Counted from the first letter of the stretch, positions 1 to 10,725 are shown. The stretch is DNA of 64,000 nt from Candidatus Obscuribacteraceae bacterium (GCA_044229845.1 JBGASG010000009.1:96001-160000); one strand, 5' to 3'. Numbers and translations are program-made. Notes: a model not told the origin generated them from the sequence alone.

Positions 1-477
1 GCACCGGTTGTCACCCGCAAAGCGCCCTTGATGGGGTTGCACTTCAACGTGTCCATGCCGGGCATCGCGACCAAGGAGGAGGTGGCAAAGGATGATATGA
101 CCGGCTACACATCCAATGTTGACGGTGCTGTCTTCGTGGCTTATGAACAGCAGACGACCGATTATGACTTCTCCGAGGACAAAAAACTGATTGAAGGCGT
201 CTTGAACGGCGCCTGCGACGGATTTGCCAAGGGTGCCAGTGGTAAAGAAAAGAAGCGCGTAAACATTGCAAAGGAAGATTGGCCGGGCAAAGAAGTTGAA
301 GGAGCCATGCCAAAGGAGTCAGGCAGCGATTCTATTTATCGGATGCGCGTCTTTGTGGATCCGGTCAAGGGACGCACGATGTATCTGGGAGTCTTCGGAC
401 CCAAAAAGCGGCTGACTGAGAGCGATGTCGAAGAGTTTTTCCGGTCTTTCTCGCCGCCGCCGCAACTGGATAAGTAA
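1..477 (+). CDS. Hypothetical PsbP/DcrB-like exported protein, 5' end outside the window
   Basis: Frame is open from base 1. Shares motifs with 36680..37270 (FxVSMPG, W/YPGxxxEG, YRxxVD..GR, C-terminal FxxSF/L). Confidence 0.6.
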   Translation, partial: APVVTRKAPLMGLHFNVSMPGIATKEEVAKDDMTGYTSNVDGAVFVAYEQQTTDYDFSEDKKLIEGVLNGACDGFAKGASGKEKKRVNIAKEDWPGKEVEGAMPKESGSDSIYRMRVFVDPVKGRTMYLGVFGPKKRLTESDVEEFFRSFSPPPQLDK

Positions 478-480
478 ACA

Positions 481-1851
481 CTAGCGACCGGGCGTAATTT
501 CCATAGATTGCGGTCTGATGACCTTGCCGGCCTTCATGACAAATACCACGTGTTCCAGCACTTGCACGTCTTTTATAGGGTCGCCGTTCACCGCGATCAA
601 ATCGGCTAACTTGCCGGGTTTGATCGATCCAAGTTCGTCCTTTTTGTCCAGCAGGTCTGCCGCATTGATCGTGGCTGACTGGATGGCCTGCATGGGGGTC
701 AGTCCATACTTGACCATGGTGGCAAATTGCTTGGCGTTGGTGCCGTGCGGAAAGACACCGGCATCGGTGCCGAATGCCATTTTTACTCCGGCCTTCGCTG
801 CGCGTTCGAAGCTTTTGCGCTGTTCGACACCAAGTTGTGCGTCGTGCTCAATAAAGTCTTGTGGCATGCCCTTGCTGCGTTTATCGCCCTGAATGTAATC
901 GTCGTTGTAGATGTCTGCCACCAGATAGGTGCCCTTCTCCTTCATCAAGGCGATGCACTCATCGTCCAGCAGGCTGCCGTGTTCGATGGACGCCACACCG
1001 GCTCGCACTGCGTCTTTAATGCCTTTGGTAGCATGCGCGTGAGCGGCTACTTTCAGACCGAACTTGCTCGCCTCGTCAACTGCCGTTTGCAACTCTTCGA
1101 AAGTGTACTCTTGTGCGCCGGGTTTACTGCCGTGTGTGAGAATCGCACCGGTGGCAATTACTTTGATCAAGTCGACACCGCAATGTGCCAATTCGCGGAT
1201 GCGTTTGCGCACCTCCCAAGGGCCGTCAGCCTTGCCGAATTGCAAATCTGGAGGAATGGTTATGTCAGGCGCGTATCCACTCAAGCACCCGCCACCACCT
1301 GTGATCGTCACGTAAGCGCCGCAGGCGAACATGCGCGGGCCGACCACATCACCGCGGGCGATGGCATCACGAAGAGCCAGATCCACCAGGGCTCTGTATG
1401 TGCCGACATCGCGTACGGTCGTGAAGCCCGCTTCCACCGTGCGTCTCGCATAGGGAATAGATTCAAAAGCCTTCTGCGCCGCCGTGCGCTGCAACTCAGT
1501 GACCGGATCGGGATTGTTTTCGTCGGTCAAATGCGTATGACAGTCAATTAAGCCCGGCAAGACCGTATTGTCCGAGCAATCGACTACACTGGCTCCCTTC
1601 GGGATCGTGATTTCGCCTTGCCCACCAACCGCCTTGATCCGAGAGTTCTCGATGAGGATTACCTGATTGCTGGTCACGACCCCGAGTTCCGGGTCTACTA
1701 ATTTTCCCGCCTTCACGGCGATGATTTCAGCTTGGGCGCCCGCGGATGCGCAGATGGACAGAGTGGCGGCCACGCTGAGGGCTTTTCGCGCATCTTGCCA
1801 ACGTGCCAGGTTGCGGACTCGGACAGCCGTTTTCTTAATCGCAGCAAGCAT
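481..1851 (-). CDS. Secreted metal-dependent amidohydrolase (Xaa-Pro dipeptidase-like)
   Basis: PGLIDCHTH, GFTTVRDVG, AAHAH, SIEHG, FGTDAG and GKLADLIAV motifs; signal-peptide-like N-terminus. Confidence 0.92.
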   Translation of the reverse strand: MLAAIKKTAVRVRNLARWQDARKALSVAATLSICASAGAQAEIIAVKAGKLVDPELGVVTSNQVILIENSRIKAVGGQGEITIPKGASVVDCSDNTVLPGLIDCHTHLTDENNPDPVTELQRTAAQKAFESIPYARRTVEAGFTTVRDVGTYRALVDLALRDAIARGDVVGPRMFACGAYVTITGGGGCLSGYAPDITIPPDLQFGKADGPWEVRKRIRELAHCGVDLIKVIATGAILTHGSKPGAQEYTFEELQTAVDEASKFGLKVAAHAHATKGIKDAVRAGVASIEHGSLLDDECIALMKEKGTYLVADIYNDDYIQGDKRSKGMPQDFIEHDAQLGVEQRKSFERAAKAGVKMAFGTDAGVFPHGTNAKQFATMVKYGLTPMQAIQSATINAADLLDKKDELGSIKPGKLADLIAVNGDPIKDVQVLEHVVFVMKAGKVIRPQSMEITPGR

Positions 1852-1869
1852 TTGAAAACCTCACCCCTG

Positions 1870-2649
1870 CTATCGCTGAATCATTGTATGTTGCTGCGGC
1901 GACCATTTCCAGTTGGACGGAAATACCTGGCTTAGCAAGGAATAAAGCTCAGGGTCGTACGTGCGCAGCTGATCGCGTGTGTGAATTTCGTTGTGTATGC
2001 CGTTGGGTTTGGTGGTCCAGAGATTAGCGTCGAACCAGTCTTGTACTCCCTCTGCCCAGTATTCGTTGGCGTTGCTGCCGGCATAAGTGTTTTTCCACTT
2101 ACCGGCAGCGATGGCATTGCGATAAGCCTGGTCCACACGTGCCACGAAGGACGGATCGATGTACTTGATTCCCATCTCGAGCACTGTGTGCCCGAACTCG
2201 TGGATCAAGATGCACTCGCCGTGGTATCGGTCTACCGGATATTGCAGCAGGTTTTCCTCACCGCAACTTGTAACCGGACGTGCTTCGGTGGCACCGACTC
2301 CGCGTGTGCGCGTGTTCCAGTCCCATTGCTTAAAGACTGCGTTGAGGTCGGCGTGTTCCGGGATGTCCGTCGTCACTTGATCGGCTCCGATAATCGCCAC
2401 TTTGACGTTATGTGCCACCATTGCTCGGGCGATGTCCGGACGCTGCGACAACATGCAAGAAACAATGTCCTGGGCGCTGCGCAATGCGGCATCCGGAACA
2501 CTGGCTGCACAAGCGATTTTCAACCCGCATGCCGTGGTGCTTTTCTTATAGAACTGATTGGCTGAGGGCGGGCTGGCTGACGCAACGCTTGCTGCCAATC
2601 CTGAGTACAGCAGCGTGCCGCCCAATGCTATGGACAGAAACAGTTTCAT
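1870..2649 (-). CDS. Secreted zinc metallopeptidase (anthrax lethal factor-like zincin domain)
   Basis: HEFGH plus downstream YAGSNANEYWAE and YDPELY; signal peptide MKLFLSIA. Confidence 0.75.
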   Translation of the reverse strand: MKLFLSIALGGTLLYSGLAASVASASPPSANQFYKKSTTACGLKIACAASVPDAALRSAQDIVSCMLSQRPDIARAMVAHNVKVAIIGADQVTTDIPEHADLNAVFKQWDWNTRTRGVGATEARPVTSCGEENLLQYPVDRYHGECILIHEFGHTVLEMGIKYIDPSFVARVDQAYRNAIAAGKWKNTYAGSNANEYWAEGVQDWFDANLWTTKPNGIHNEIHTRDQLRTYDPELYSLLSQVFPSNWKWSPQQHTMIQR

Positions 2650-2656
2650 GGCATTC

Positions 2657-4051
2657 TCAAGGCAGGGTGGCAAACAAAAGATTGAGGCTTTCAGCCATGG
2701 TTGGATGAGTAAAAATAGTGTTGGCTACTTGCGGATAGGTTACTTTGCCGATCATGGCCATTTGAACGACCGACATCACCTCTCCTGCTGAATGACAGAG
2801 AAGTGAGCAACCAAGTATCTGTTTTGTTTGTTTGTCGACAACGGCTTTCAGCAGACCTTGCGGTTCGCCGGATGTGACGGCACGCGGGACTTTGCTTGCC
2901 GGAATCTTTGCCATCAGGATATCCAAACCCTTCTTACGTGCGTCCTGCTCAGTCAGTCCGACCCGTCCGAGTTCAGGATCGACAAACAGGGTGTAGGGCA
3001 TGATGCGGTCAGTGGTGCTGCGCCCCGCGTCGTGCAGGACGTTGTCGCGAATGATGCGATAGTCGTCCCATGACGCATGCGTAAACAGCGGGCCGCCGTT
3101 GCAATCTCCAATTGCCCAAATTGAATCGGCAGAAGTTTGCAATTTCTCGTTCACGACTATATTGCCGCGATCGTCAGTTTTTACTCCGGCTGCTTCCAGA
3201 TTGAGATCCTTAGTATTTGGATTGCGTCCGATTGCCACCATCAAGTGACTGCACGAAACTGTTTCAGCACCACTTTCGGTGTCGACCTTGAGAACAACTG
3301 CGTCAGCCGATTTTTCAACCGAGTCATAACTGGTAACTGTCTTGAAGAAAACGCCATCGTCTTCCAAAACTTGTTTTACGGCTTGTGCTATGTCTTCATC
3401 TTCGCGCGGCAGAAATCGATCGCCGCGCATGAGCACGGTGACGCGACTGCCCAGACGAGCAAACACCTGAGCGAACTCCAGAGCAATGTAACCGGCACCG
3501 ATGATCACCAGGTGACGGGGTTGCTCAGTCAGCTCCATCAAAGAAGTGCTGGTGAGAAACGGCACGTCACTCAAACCGGGGATTGATGGAACGGCAGTTC
3601 TGCTGCCTGTGTTGATATAGATGCGGTCGGCAGTCAGCGTTCTGGTGCCGCCGCCGTCAACTGCGATTTCGATTTCTCTGGGACTGACAAACTTACCGGT
3701 GCCCAGGATAAATTCCATATTGGCAGTTGTGGCGAAGAGTGTTTTGTGGGTGTCAATCATGCCTTGCACCACGCGCCGCTTACGCTCCAGTACACCGGCT
3801 AGACTGGGTGCGGCCTCTTGCAGTCGCACGCCGAAGCTATCCGCATGCTTGGCCGCATGAATTAGTTTTGCGCTCGCCACCATGGTCTTCGTCGGAATGC
3901 AGGCGACATTTATACAGGTGCCGCCGATCTGACCGCGTTCGATCAACGCCACTTTGTGTCCGGCGGGACCTAGCGCCATGGCTAGCGATTTGCCGCCCTT
4001 GCCACCACCCAAAATGATGTCATCGAAATGTTCGACTACTGCTGCTGCCAT
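2657..4051 (-). CDS. Pyridine nucleotide-disulfide oxidoreductase (RclA/mercuric reductase-like)
   Basis: GGGKGG FAD motif, GGTCINVACIPTK redox pair, GAGYIALE, C-terminal FTHPTMAE; no C-terminal CC of true MerA. Confidence 0.92.
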   Translation of the reverse strand: MAAAVVEHFDDIILGGGKGGKSLAMALGPAGHKVALIERGQIGGTCINVACIPTKTMVASAKLIHAAKHADSFGVRLQEAAPSLAGVLERKRRVVQGMIDTHKTLFATTANMEFILGTGKFVSPREIEIAVDGGGTRTLTADRIYINTGSRTAVPSIPGLSDVPFLTSTSLMELTEQPRHLVIIGAGYIALEFAQVFARLGSRVTVLMRGDRFLPREDEDIAQAVKQVLEDDGVFFKTVTSYDSVEKSADAVVLKVDTESGAETVSCSHLMVAIGRNPNTKDLNLEAAGVKTDDRGNIVVNEKLQTSADSIWAIGDCNGGPLFTHASWDDYRIIRDNVLHDAGRSTTDRIMPYTLFVDPELGRVGLTEQDARKKGLDILMAKIPASKVPRAVTSGEPQGLLKAVVDKQTKQILGCSLLCHSAGEVMSVVQMAMIGKVTYPQVANTIFTHPTMAESLNLLFATLP

Positions 4052-4156
4052 AATCTTGCCGCTCTCTTCCTGAACTTGACCCGGGGGCATAAGACGATAG
4101 CACCTGCATGTTCTGCTTTGCAACGCTTGTCGTGTCGGCGGGAATAATTGGCAAGA

Positions 4157-4942
4157 TCAGTCGCCCTTGCCGCGCGTGCACTGAATAACTGCTGTATAGC
4201 CTCGCTCTGCCCAGAGGCGACCCATCAAGTTGGCGGTGATCATGTTGCCGAGTGTTTTTGTGTATGAAATGCGGACGATGATTGTCGGACTGTGATCGAG
4301 GTGCTGTGGATGGTAAACGTCTGCTACGAGAATTACTCCATCGTCAACCGGATTCTGTACATCGCGTTCGATGCCGACAGCATATTCCGCTGGACGCAGG
4401 TGGAACGTGTATGCCATTACAGCCGGTGCCAACTGATATATTAGCCATACCAGCATGCCGGTTGCCGCCAAAGCTCGCCAAGCAATCGGTGTCCACGTTT
4501 TGTGCCGCCGTGTTTTCACAACCGAGAGCAAATGGTAAGTGCCGTAGACCATCACGAAGAGCGCCAGCACGCAATGGAAGAATATCGGCAGTGAGCCGCC
4601 TAACCAACGTTCATGCGGATAGAGAGCCATACGCATTGCATAACGCATCACCATGATCGTGAAATAGAAGGCACCAGCCTCTATAAGAAACCTGCCCAGA
4701 CGCCCACTTGGCTGAGCAAAGTAGCCGTCTCTGCGCTGTACGTCCCAGCAAATCTTGCCCATCAGAGCAATAATGCCTATTTGTAGTGCCAGCAAGACCG
4801 GATACGAAACTGCTCCCGACATCCATGCTTCCATCGGCGGTAGCCATGTCACGTGAAAGAATGCCACCAGAAACTGCCCGATTACTCGTAAGCAAAAGAG
4901 CATTGCCAGCGCCGATAAAATAGTTAGACAGATTCGTCGCAC
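4157..4942 (-). pseudogene. Membrane domain fused to the truncated N-terminus of a CocE/NonD family hydrolase
   Basis: About 5 TM segments, then DDGVILVADVYHP..PTIIVRISY..WAERGYTAVIQCTRGKGD*; stops before the GxSY nucleophile. Confidence 0.6.
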
Positions 4943-5034
4943 GTAGTGAGACCTTCCGTTTCTCAGACTATTCGATTATCGATCTGAATTAAGGTCGGGA
5001 AGGCGCAACTCGATCAGTTTGGTAAGTGTTCGTG

Positions 5035-5063
5035 AAAAAACAGCCAGCCCTGGGGGCTGGCTG
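5035..5063 (-). terminator. Intrinsic terminator
   Basis: CAGCCAGCCC/GGGCTGGCTG stem followed by T6 on the minus strand, just downstream of 5101..5418. Confidence 0.8.
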
Positions 5064-5100
5064 TCCGGTTGCACACCGTGCACGTGTTGGTTCAGCTGAA

Positions 5101-5418
5101 TCAAGGCAGCAATTCAACATGCGTCTCAGGAGCAATCAATATCGGCTGTTCAAACAGCCTGGTGTTGCCGTATCTGGTCTCAACCGTGTACGGCTCAGAC
5201 AGCGCAGTCGTTCTTTGCTCGATCACAGCGGCTTGGGTCCTGACCTGTGGAATAATCACCGGTGCAAACATCACGTCTTGTTCCGGAACAATGACTGCCG
5301 GGCTGGTCACTATTTCCCGTTTCATCAACACGGTATCAGCATGTGACGCTGAGATGCTGGCTGTGCCGGCAACGGCAAAACCCAGCAATGCCAGAGTCAC
5401 TTTACTGAGGTTCGTCAT
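5101..5418 (-). CDS. Small secreted hypothetical protein
   Basis: Signal peptide (..ASHA), GAGG RBS, terminator downstream. Confidence 0.65.
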   Translation of the reverse strand: MTNLSKVTLALLGFAVAGTASISASHADTVLMKREIVTSPAVIVPEQDVMFAPVIIPQVRTQAAVIEQRTTALSEPYTVETRYGNTRLFEQPILIAPETHVELLP

Positions 5419-5499
5419 AACATCTACCTCTCATCCCCTCACGCGAGAGGAGACGAGGGTAAGAGCACATGGTTCCTCTGGATGAGCCCGACAGCTCAA

Positions 5500-6585
5500 C
5501 TATAGCGTAGCGACGAAAACGCGATTAAACGGAGTTTCTGTAGCCCGCCTGAACGTCTTGAAACCACCTGCTTTAACAACCAATTCCAGGGCGCTGTCGG
5601 TGGCGACGGTTCCCAGTTGAGTCGGTCCGGATGCCATCGCCGCTGGTGTGCAACAAAGGACGCTGGCGCCTGTATAAACACGACCGACCAGGTTGAAGTT
5701 TTCTTCGAGCGTTCTGCCGCCCATCGGTTCGATCAGCACCATCAGTCCGTCCGGCTTCAAAATTTGCGCGACCCTGCGACAGGCTGATTGAGGATCTCCC
5801 ATATCGTGTAGACAATCGAAAAATGCCACCACATCGTAATCGTTCCCCGGCAACTCGGCTGCCGATGCGACTTCATAGGTGATGCGCTCGCTCAGTCCCG
5901 CGGCGGCGGCAACGTTGCGCGCCTGTTCTATCGAAGGCGCGTGATTGTCGAATCCGTAGAATTTCGAGGCGGGGAAAGCTTGAGCCATCTCCATGGTTGA
6001 GATTCCATGTCCGCAACCGACGTCGGCCACCTTTGCGCCTCGTTCCAGCTTCGATTGCAACTCCGGCACATCGGGAATCCACTTTTGCACGAGCACATTC
6101 TTGTATGCGGTGCGGAAAAACCTTTCGGTGCCGGAGAAAAGGTGCGGGTCGTGTTCGCCCCAGCCCAATCCTTTGCCTGTCTTGAAGCAGTCGACAAGGC
6201 GTTCGTAAGACTGCAAAAGTGCCAGGTACGTTTCGAACCCTCCGGCAGCAAAATACGGACTGTTGTCGTTGCAAAGTACTTCGGCGTGTTCTGCCGGTAA
6301 TACAAACTTTTGCGAGTCGTTTTCGTAGCGAATGTATCCGCTCGCCGCTTGATTCAGGCACCACTCACGGACATAACGCCCGTTGCAGCCGGCGCGTGTG
6401 GCAATTTGATCGGTGGTAGCCGCCCCTAGCTCATGCATCGCCTTATACAGACCGAGGCGATCGCCGAGGGCACCACAAGCGACCGCTACCAGACCTGCGA
6501 AGTCCTCGACGCACCGATGCTGGAAAGCTGCGGCTTTCTCTCTGTCGACAGTGCTGGTTGGATGGGGGCCGCCGGCAGTAGTCAT
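5500..6585 (-). CDS. Class I SAM-dependent methyltransferase with N-terminal winged helix (Rv2258c-like)
   Basis: VADVGCGHG, FDCLHDMGDP, GDRLGLY..RYVREW. Confidence 0.9.
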   Translation of the reverse strand: MTTAGGPHPTSTVDREKAAAFQHRCVEDFAGLVAVACGALGDRLGLYKAMHELGAATTDQIATRAGCNGRYVREWCLNQAASGYIRYENDSQKFVLPAEHAEVLCNDNSPYFAAGGFETYLALLQSYERLVDCFKTGKGLGWGEHDPHLFSGTERFFRTAYKNVLVQKWIPDVPELQSKLERGAKVADVGCGHGISTMEMAQAFPASKFYGFDNHAPSIEQARNVAAAAGLSERITYEVASAAELPGNDYDVVAFFDCLHDMGDPQSACRRVAQILKPDGLMVLIEPMGGRTLEENFNLVGRVYTGASVLCCTPAAMASGPTQLGTVATDSALELVVKAGGFKTFRRATETPFNRVFVATL

Positions 6586-6727
6586 GTTGTCGTCTCCCTA
6601 CAAGCTGAAGGAGAGTAACTCTATCTCATTGCATCACTGAAACGATATCGCTTTAGCTTTTCAGGTGGTGCGCACCTTTCCCACTTGGTAGGATATGCAC
6701 GCCCAGGCATCTTGAGGATCGTTTCCG

Positions 6728-7270
6728 ATGACAAGCATGAAGTTGCATGCCGCTGTAGCTGCTGTTTCAGTCGCAGCCGCATGCGTGTTTATTTTGTCGT
6801 CTTGCGGTAGCGGCCCGCCCCCGGCTGCAGTCACTCCCGCTTCGGAGCAGTCGCAAAAGCCGGACTTCATCGATAACGCCCTGGTTGGTCAGGCAGCCGC
6901 AATCCAAGAGTCGGTCGAAGCTTATGCGGTCGATCATGGAGGAAACTATCCGACACGCGTCGACGATGCGTTGAAGAGTTACTTTCCGAAAGAGGGCTTC
7001 ACCAATCCCGCCACAGGTAAAACAAACCAGATGCCGGAGCAAGGCGATATCAAAGACCTGGAGTCCGTTTTTCGCGGTGAGGTGGTGCCGGCGACCAAAG
7101 CCGGGATGGTTCAATATTCCGCTCTGGACAACGGCAAGATGTACGCCATTGTATGTGGTGGCGCAGGCGATAAGCCGATACATGATCCCGATCACGAAGA
7201 TCGCATCTTCATGTTGTCCAACGTCAAAAGATTCAGTTCCAGCGTTGACTACCTGAGAAAGTCCAAATGA
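6728..7270 (+). CDS. Putative lipoprotein with pseudopilin-like soluble region
   Basis: Lipobox LSSC; segment VEAYAVDHGGNYP..NPATG. Confidence 0.6.
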   Translation: MTSMKLHAAVAAVSVAAACVFILSSCGSGPPPAAVTPASEQSQKPDFIDNALVGQAAAIQESVEAYAVDHGGNYPTRVDDALKSYFPKEGFTNPATGKTNQMPEQGDIKDLESVFRGEVVPATKAGMVQYSALDNGKMYAIVCGGAGDKPIHDPDHEDRIFMLSNVKRFSSSVDYLRKSK

Positions 7271-8262
7271 GATCAGCCAGTTTAAGGAGAGCTGTTATGT
7301 CCGTCAGCAAACTCGCACTAGTTGCCCTATCGGTGTGCACACAGTTGGCAATGCTTGCCCCTGCTGTCGAGGCGAAACCACCGGCACGCCGAGCGGTGCC
7401 TGCGAAGGCACGGTTGCCGATCTGGAGTGAAGGCGTCAAGGTGCCCTATCGAGCCTGGCTGCCGATTGATAAACCCAGAGAAGTGTTGCTCTGCATTCAC
7501 GGACTTGGTTTCAGCAGCGAGTCTTATGCTGAGTTTGGGCGAGTGATGGCATCGCGCGGCATCGCTGTGTATGCCATGGATGTGCGCGGATTTGGAAAGT
7601 GGATGCAGGTGCGCGGTAAAGAGAAAGTCGATTTCGAAGGCTGTCTCGCCGATACGGAAGCAGCTTTGCGGGCTCTGCGAGCTGCCTTTCCAGGCACACC
7701 GATCTTCATCGTCGGCGAATCGATGGGTGGTGCTATAGCTTTGCGGGCGGTGTCAAGAAACCCTCAGCTTGTCGATGGATTGGTCTCCTCTGTGCCATCA
7801 AGCGATCGCTACGGCAAATGGCACAGCAACATCGTCGTCGGTGTTCGTTATATCGGGAACAAAGATAAACCGATGGATGTGGCTCCGGAAGTGGTTTCGA
7901 AAGCTACTTCCAACGAATATCTGCAGAAGAAATGGGAAGACAATAAAATCAACCGCATGGAGCTGACGCCCGACGAATTGAAGCAGTTCAACGACTTCAT
8001 GAAAGGCAATTACGACGCTGCGGTGTTGGTGGAAAAGGTGCCGGTCTTGATGCTGGCTGGATTTAAAGACAAGCTGGTAAAGCCGGAAGGCACCATCGAT
8101 TTGTTCAACGATCTGACGGTCCAGGAGAAACTATTGATGGTTGTCGGAGATGGCGAACATCTTCTGCTGGAAGAGAATCAGCTGACACACCAGTTGGCGA
8201 CGCTAATCATCGATTGGTTACACAGTGAGTCTCGTCGGCAGGGTGTAACGGCGCACCCCTAA
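7267..8262 (+). CDS. Secreted alpha/beta hydrolase (lysophospholipase-like); start may be 7297
   Basis: IHGLG, DVRGFG, GESMGG nucleophile elbow, D and H of the triad. Confidence 0.88.
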   Translation: MRSASLRRAVMSVSKLALVALSVCTQLAMLAPAVEAKPPARRAVPAKARLPIWSEGVKVPYRAWLPIDKPREVLLCIHGLGFSSESYAEFGRVMASRGIAVYAMDVRGFGKWMQVRGKEKVDFEGCLADTEAALRALRAAFPGTPIFIVGESMGGAIALRAVSRNPQLVDGLVSSVPSSDRYGKWHSNIVVGVRYIGNKDKPMDVAPEVVSKATSNEYLQKKWEDNKINRMELTPDELKQFNDFMKGNYDAAVLVEKVPVLMLAGFKDKLVKPEGTIDLFNDLTVQEKLLMVVGDGEHLLLEENQLTHQLATLIIDWLHSESRRQGVTAHP

Positions 8263-8280
8263 GCTGCCGCGCGGGTACGA

Positions 8281-8634
8281 CTATTTGCTGTTGCCCTGAA
8301 CCTGAACGCGCTTCTCAAGCTTCAGCTTGCTGATCGCCACGGACACTTTGTTGAGTTCTTCTTCCAGAGAAGCTATGTCTTTCGGCGATAGTTGCTTGTT
8401 GGAGCTCTTTTTGATCATACTGCGCTTCTTGCGCATGACGTCCGCCAGATCCGAACGAAGCTTGGTGCACTCTTTGACTGTCAGTTCTTTATTCTTCTGA
8501 CCGGCATTGACGTCTTGCATCAGTTGAGCCTGGCGTTCGTCGATCGTCCATGTTTTGGAGATGCCAGGCGAGGCAACTGCTACCAGGAGCGAGATTGCCA
8601 TGACGGCTGCCAATTTCTTTGAGTGAAGATGCAC
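8281..8634 (-). CDS. Secreted helical hypothetical protein (start uncertain)
   Basis: Signal peptide followed by a Lys/Glu-rich coiled-coil region. Confidence 0.6.
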   Translation of the reverse strand: MHLHSKKLAAVMAISLLVAVASPGISKTWTIDERQAQLMQDVNAGQKNKELTVKECTKLRSDLADVMRKKRSMIKKSSNKQLSPKDIASLEEELNKVSVAISKLKLEKRVQVQGNSK

Positions 8635-8695
8635 GGAACAGACCTCGTAAGGTGACAGGGCCAAATTATCATATGTCGAGATATCTGATCAATTC

Positions 8696-9565
8696 TCAGG
8701 ACTCAGAAAGAAGGATCGACTTTAGTTGGGCTGCGGCTGTGCCTTCGCGAGCGGCGCCGGACAGGTGAAACAAGTGATAATGTACTTGCGGAAGTTCGGT
8801 GAGCTTGCGTGACACCAGTCCCGCCGGCAGCGATACCATCGAGTTGACAATCGCCAGTCCCAGCCCGAGTTTTACGAAGTGGAGCATCAGCTCCCAGCCG
8901 TTTGCTTCCACCGCCACCTGCCAGTCGACCTCGGCCGATTGCAGGGCGCGTGCCAATATCTGTCGATGTGGGCGGTCCGCCGATGGAACTATCAATGACT
9001 GCCCCTGCAATGACGTCAGTCGCAAAGACTTACGTGTGGCGAGCGCATGCCCTTTCGGCATCACCAGCATCTGGTCGCAGCGAGACAGTAGTGTAGATCG
9101 ACAACCATCCGGCACTGTTTCCAGTGACGCGACCCCAATGTGAGCTTTGCCGCTCACCACCGCCTCAATGACGCCTTCACGATTGGACGTGATCAACTTG
9201 AGAGGCGTTTTTGACTGTTTGAGAAACTGCTTGATGCCGTTGCCCAGAATATATAAGTACGTCCCTTCTCCGCCGGCCAGCACGATCGGCTGTGAACTGG
9301 CGCCGCCGTGCAACTCACTCCCGAAAGCCTCCACTTGGGACAGCATCTGGCGGGCGAATCTAGCCACCTGGAGACCCTGCTCGGTGAGTTTGAGGCGGCG
9401 CCCGATCTTTATATAGAGCGGTGCGTCCAATGTGTTTGCCAGTTGCTGCACCTTCATGTGCAGGGCGGGCTGTGAGATGAAGAGTTCGTCTGCCGCATGG
9501 GTGAAGTTGAGGTGTTCGGCAAACGCCGCAAAGGCTCGCAAGGTCGAAAAATCAACATTTAGCAT
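8696..9565 (-). CDS. LysR family transcriptional regulator
   Basis: NFTHAADELFISQPAL helix-turn-helix, LTEQG, GLGLAIV. Confidence 0.93.
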   Translation of the reverse strand: MLNVDFSTLRAFAAFAEHLNFTHAADELFISQPALHMKVQQLANTLDAPLYIKIGRRLKLTEQGLQVARFARQMLSQVEAFGSELHGGASSQPIVLAGGEGTYLYILGNGIKQFLKQSKTPLKLITSNREGVIEAVVSGKAHIGVASLETVPDGCRSTLLSRCDQMLVMPKGHALATRKSLRLTSLQGQSLIVPSADRPHRQILARALQSAEVDWQVAVEANGWELMLHFVKLGLGLAIVNSMVSLPAGLVSRKLTELPQVHYHLFHLSGAAREGTAAAQLKSILLSES

Positions 9566-9681
9566 GAGCTGTTGTCCGGCGTTGAGAGATATAAGAAAAT
9601 ACGATAGTGCATCTAATTATTATAGTTCCCCATTATAGCGTCTGGCGATACCCTGGAATTGAAATAACAGGAGAATCAAAA

Positions 9682-10200
9682 ATGACAGCTAGAGAAAAAC
9701 AAGCCGTAATCGGGGTCGACATCGGTGGCGTCTTGATCGCCCACAGCGACGACCGCAGCGACACATCTTTTTTCAGCAAGCACTATTTGAAGACGCCCGC
9801 CTGTGATGGCGCCTTCGAAGCGATTAGACAACTGGTATCCGCCGGTTGCGACGTGCACCTGGTGTCGAAGTGCGGCGAGACCGTCGAAGGCAAGTCTCGC
9901 AAGTGGTTGCTTACCAACCGCTTTTATGAGATCACCGGGTTGACGCCGGAGAAAGTGCACTTTTGCCGCGAGCGAGCCGACAAAGCGGCTATCTGTACTG
10001 ACCTGGGAGCCACCCACTTTGTGGACGATCGCCTGGAGGTGCTCTCTTACTTGCATGATGTGCCGAACAAATACTTGTTCAATCCCAATCCCAAAGAGGT
10101 GAGCAAGTTTAAAGCGGCATTGGACTCGGTGCAGAAGGTCTCGACCTGGGAGCAGTTGCTGCCGCTTATTCTGGTGGCGGAGCTAGTCGCCGAACGTTAA
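9682..10200 (+). CDS. HAD-superfamily hydrolase (5'-nucleotidase-like)
   Basis: GVDIGGV motif I, VSK, K, FVDDR motif IV; AGGAGA RBS. Confidence 0.75.
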   Translation: MTAREKQAVIGVDIGGVLIAHSDDRSDTSFFSKHYLKTPACDGAFEAIRQLVSAGCDVHLVSKCGETVEGKSRKWLLTNRFYEITGLTPEKVHFCRERADKAAICTDLGATHFVDDRLEVLSYLHDVPNKYLFNPNPKEVSKFKAALDSVQKVSTWEQLLPLILVAELVAER

Positions 10201-10725
10201 ATAGTTCGGCGGGACGTGCTCCGTTAGCCAGACGCGGTTGTCGCTGACGAAAAACGCGAATCCGTCCCGGTGCATCTCGCCCGCGTCGACGCTGACCAAG
10301 ATCGGCTTTCCATGGCGTGAGCCGACTGTGCGAGCCGTGTCCCGATTGGTCGTCAGATGTACATGGTGGCGCTTGCCTTTAATCAGTCCGGATGTCTTTA
10401 TAGAGTCGATAAAGCGATCGGCGGTGCCGTGATAGAGCATTGCGGGCGGAGTTTGAGCCTGGTAACCCAGCTCGACTTCAATAGAGTGACCTTGATTGGC
10501 GCGGATGCGAGTCTGGTCTGCGTTAAGCGCAAACCGTTGCTTGTCGCTGGTTTGCACGATTAGCAGCAAATTTGCCAGGGAGAGCGGGTGTCCGTGCTGG
10601 GCACAGGCTTCCAGCAAATGCGGTACCGAAACCCAGCCGCCCGCGTCCAGGGACAAACCGACTGTTTCCGGTTTGTGCCTCAAGATGAGAGACAGGAATT
10701 TGCTCATCGCAATGAGGTCAGTCAC
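10183..10725 (-). CDS. kptA: RNA 2'-phosphotransferase (Tpt1/KptA)
   Basis: SKFLSLILRH, DKQRF, IRANQGHS, LYHGT, RHHVHL, VWLT. Confidence 0.95.
   Translation of the reverse strand: MTDLIAMSKFLSLILRHKPETVGLSLDAGGWVSVPHLLEACAQHGHPLSLANLLLIVQTSDKQRFALNADQTRIRANQGHSIEVELGYQAQTPPAMLYHGTADRFIDSIKTSGLIKGKRHHVHLTTNRDTARTVGSRHGKPILVSVDAGEMHRDGFAFFVSDNRVWLTEHVPPNYLTFGD

Noticed and set aside
2657..4051. merA call
   Set aside because: No C-terminal Cys-Cys pair and no mer genes nearby.
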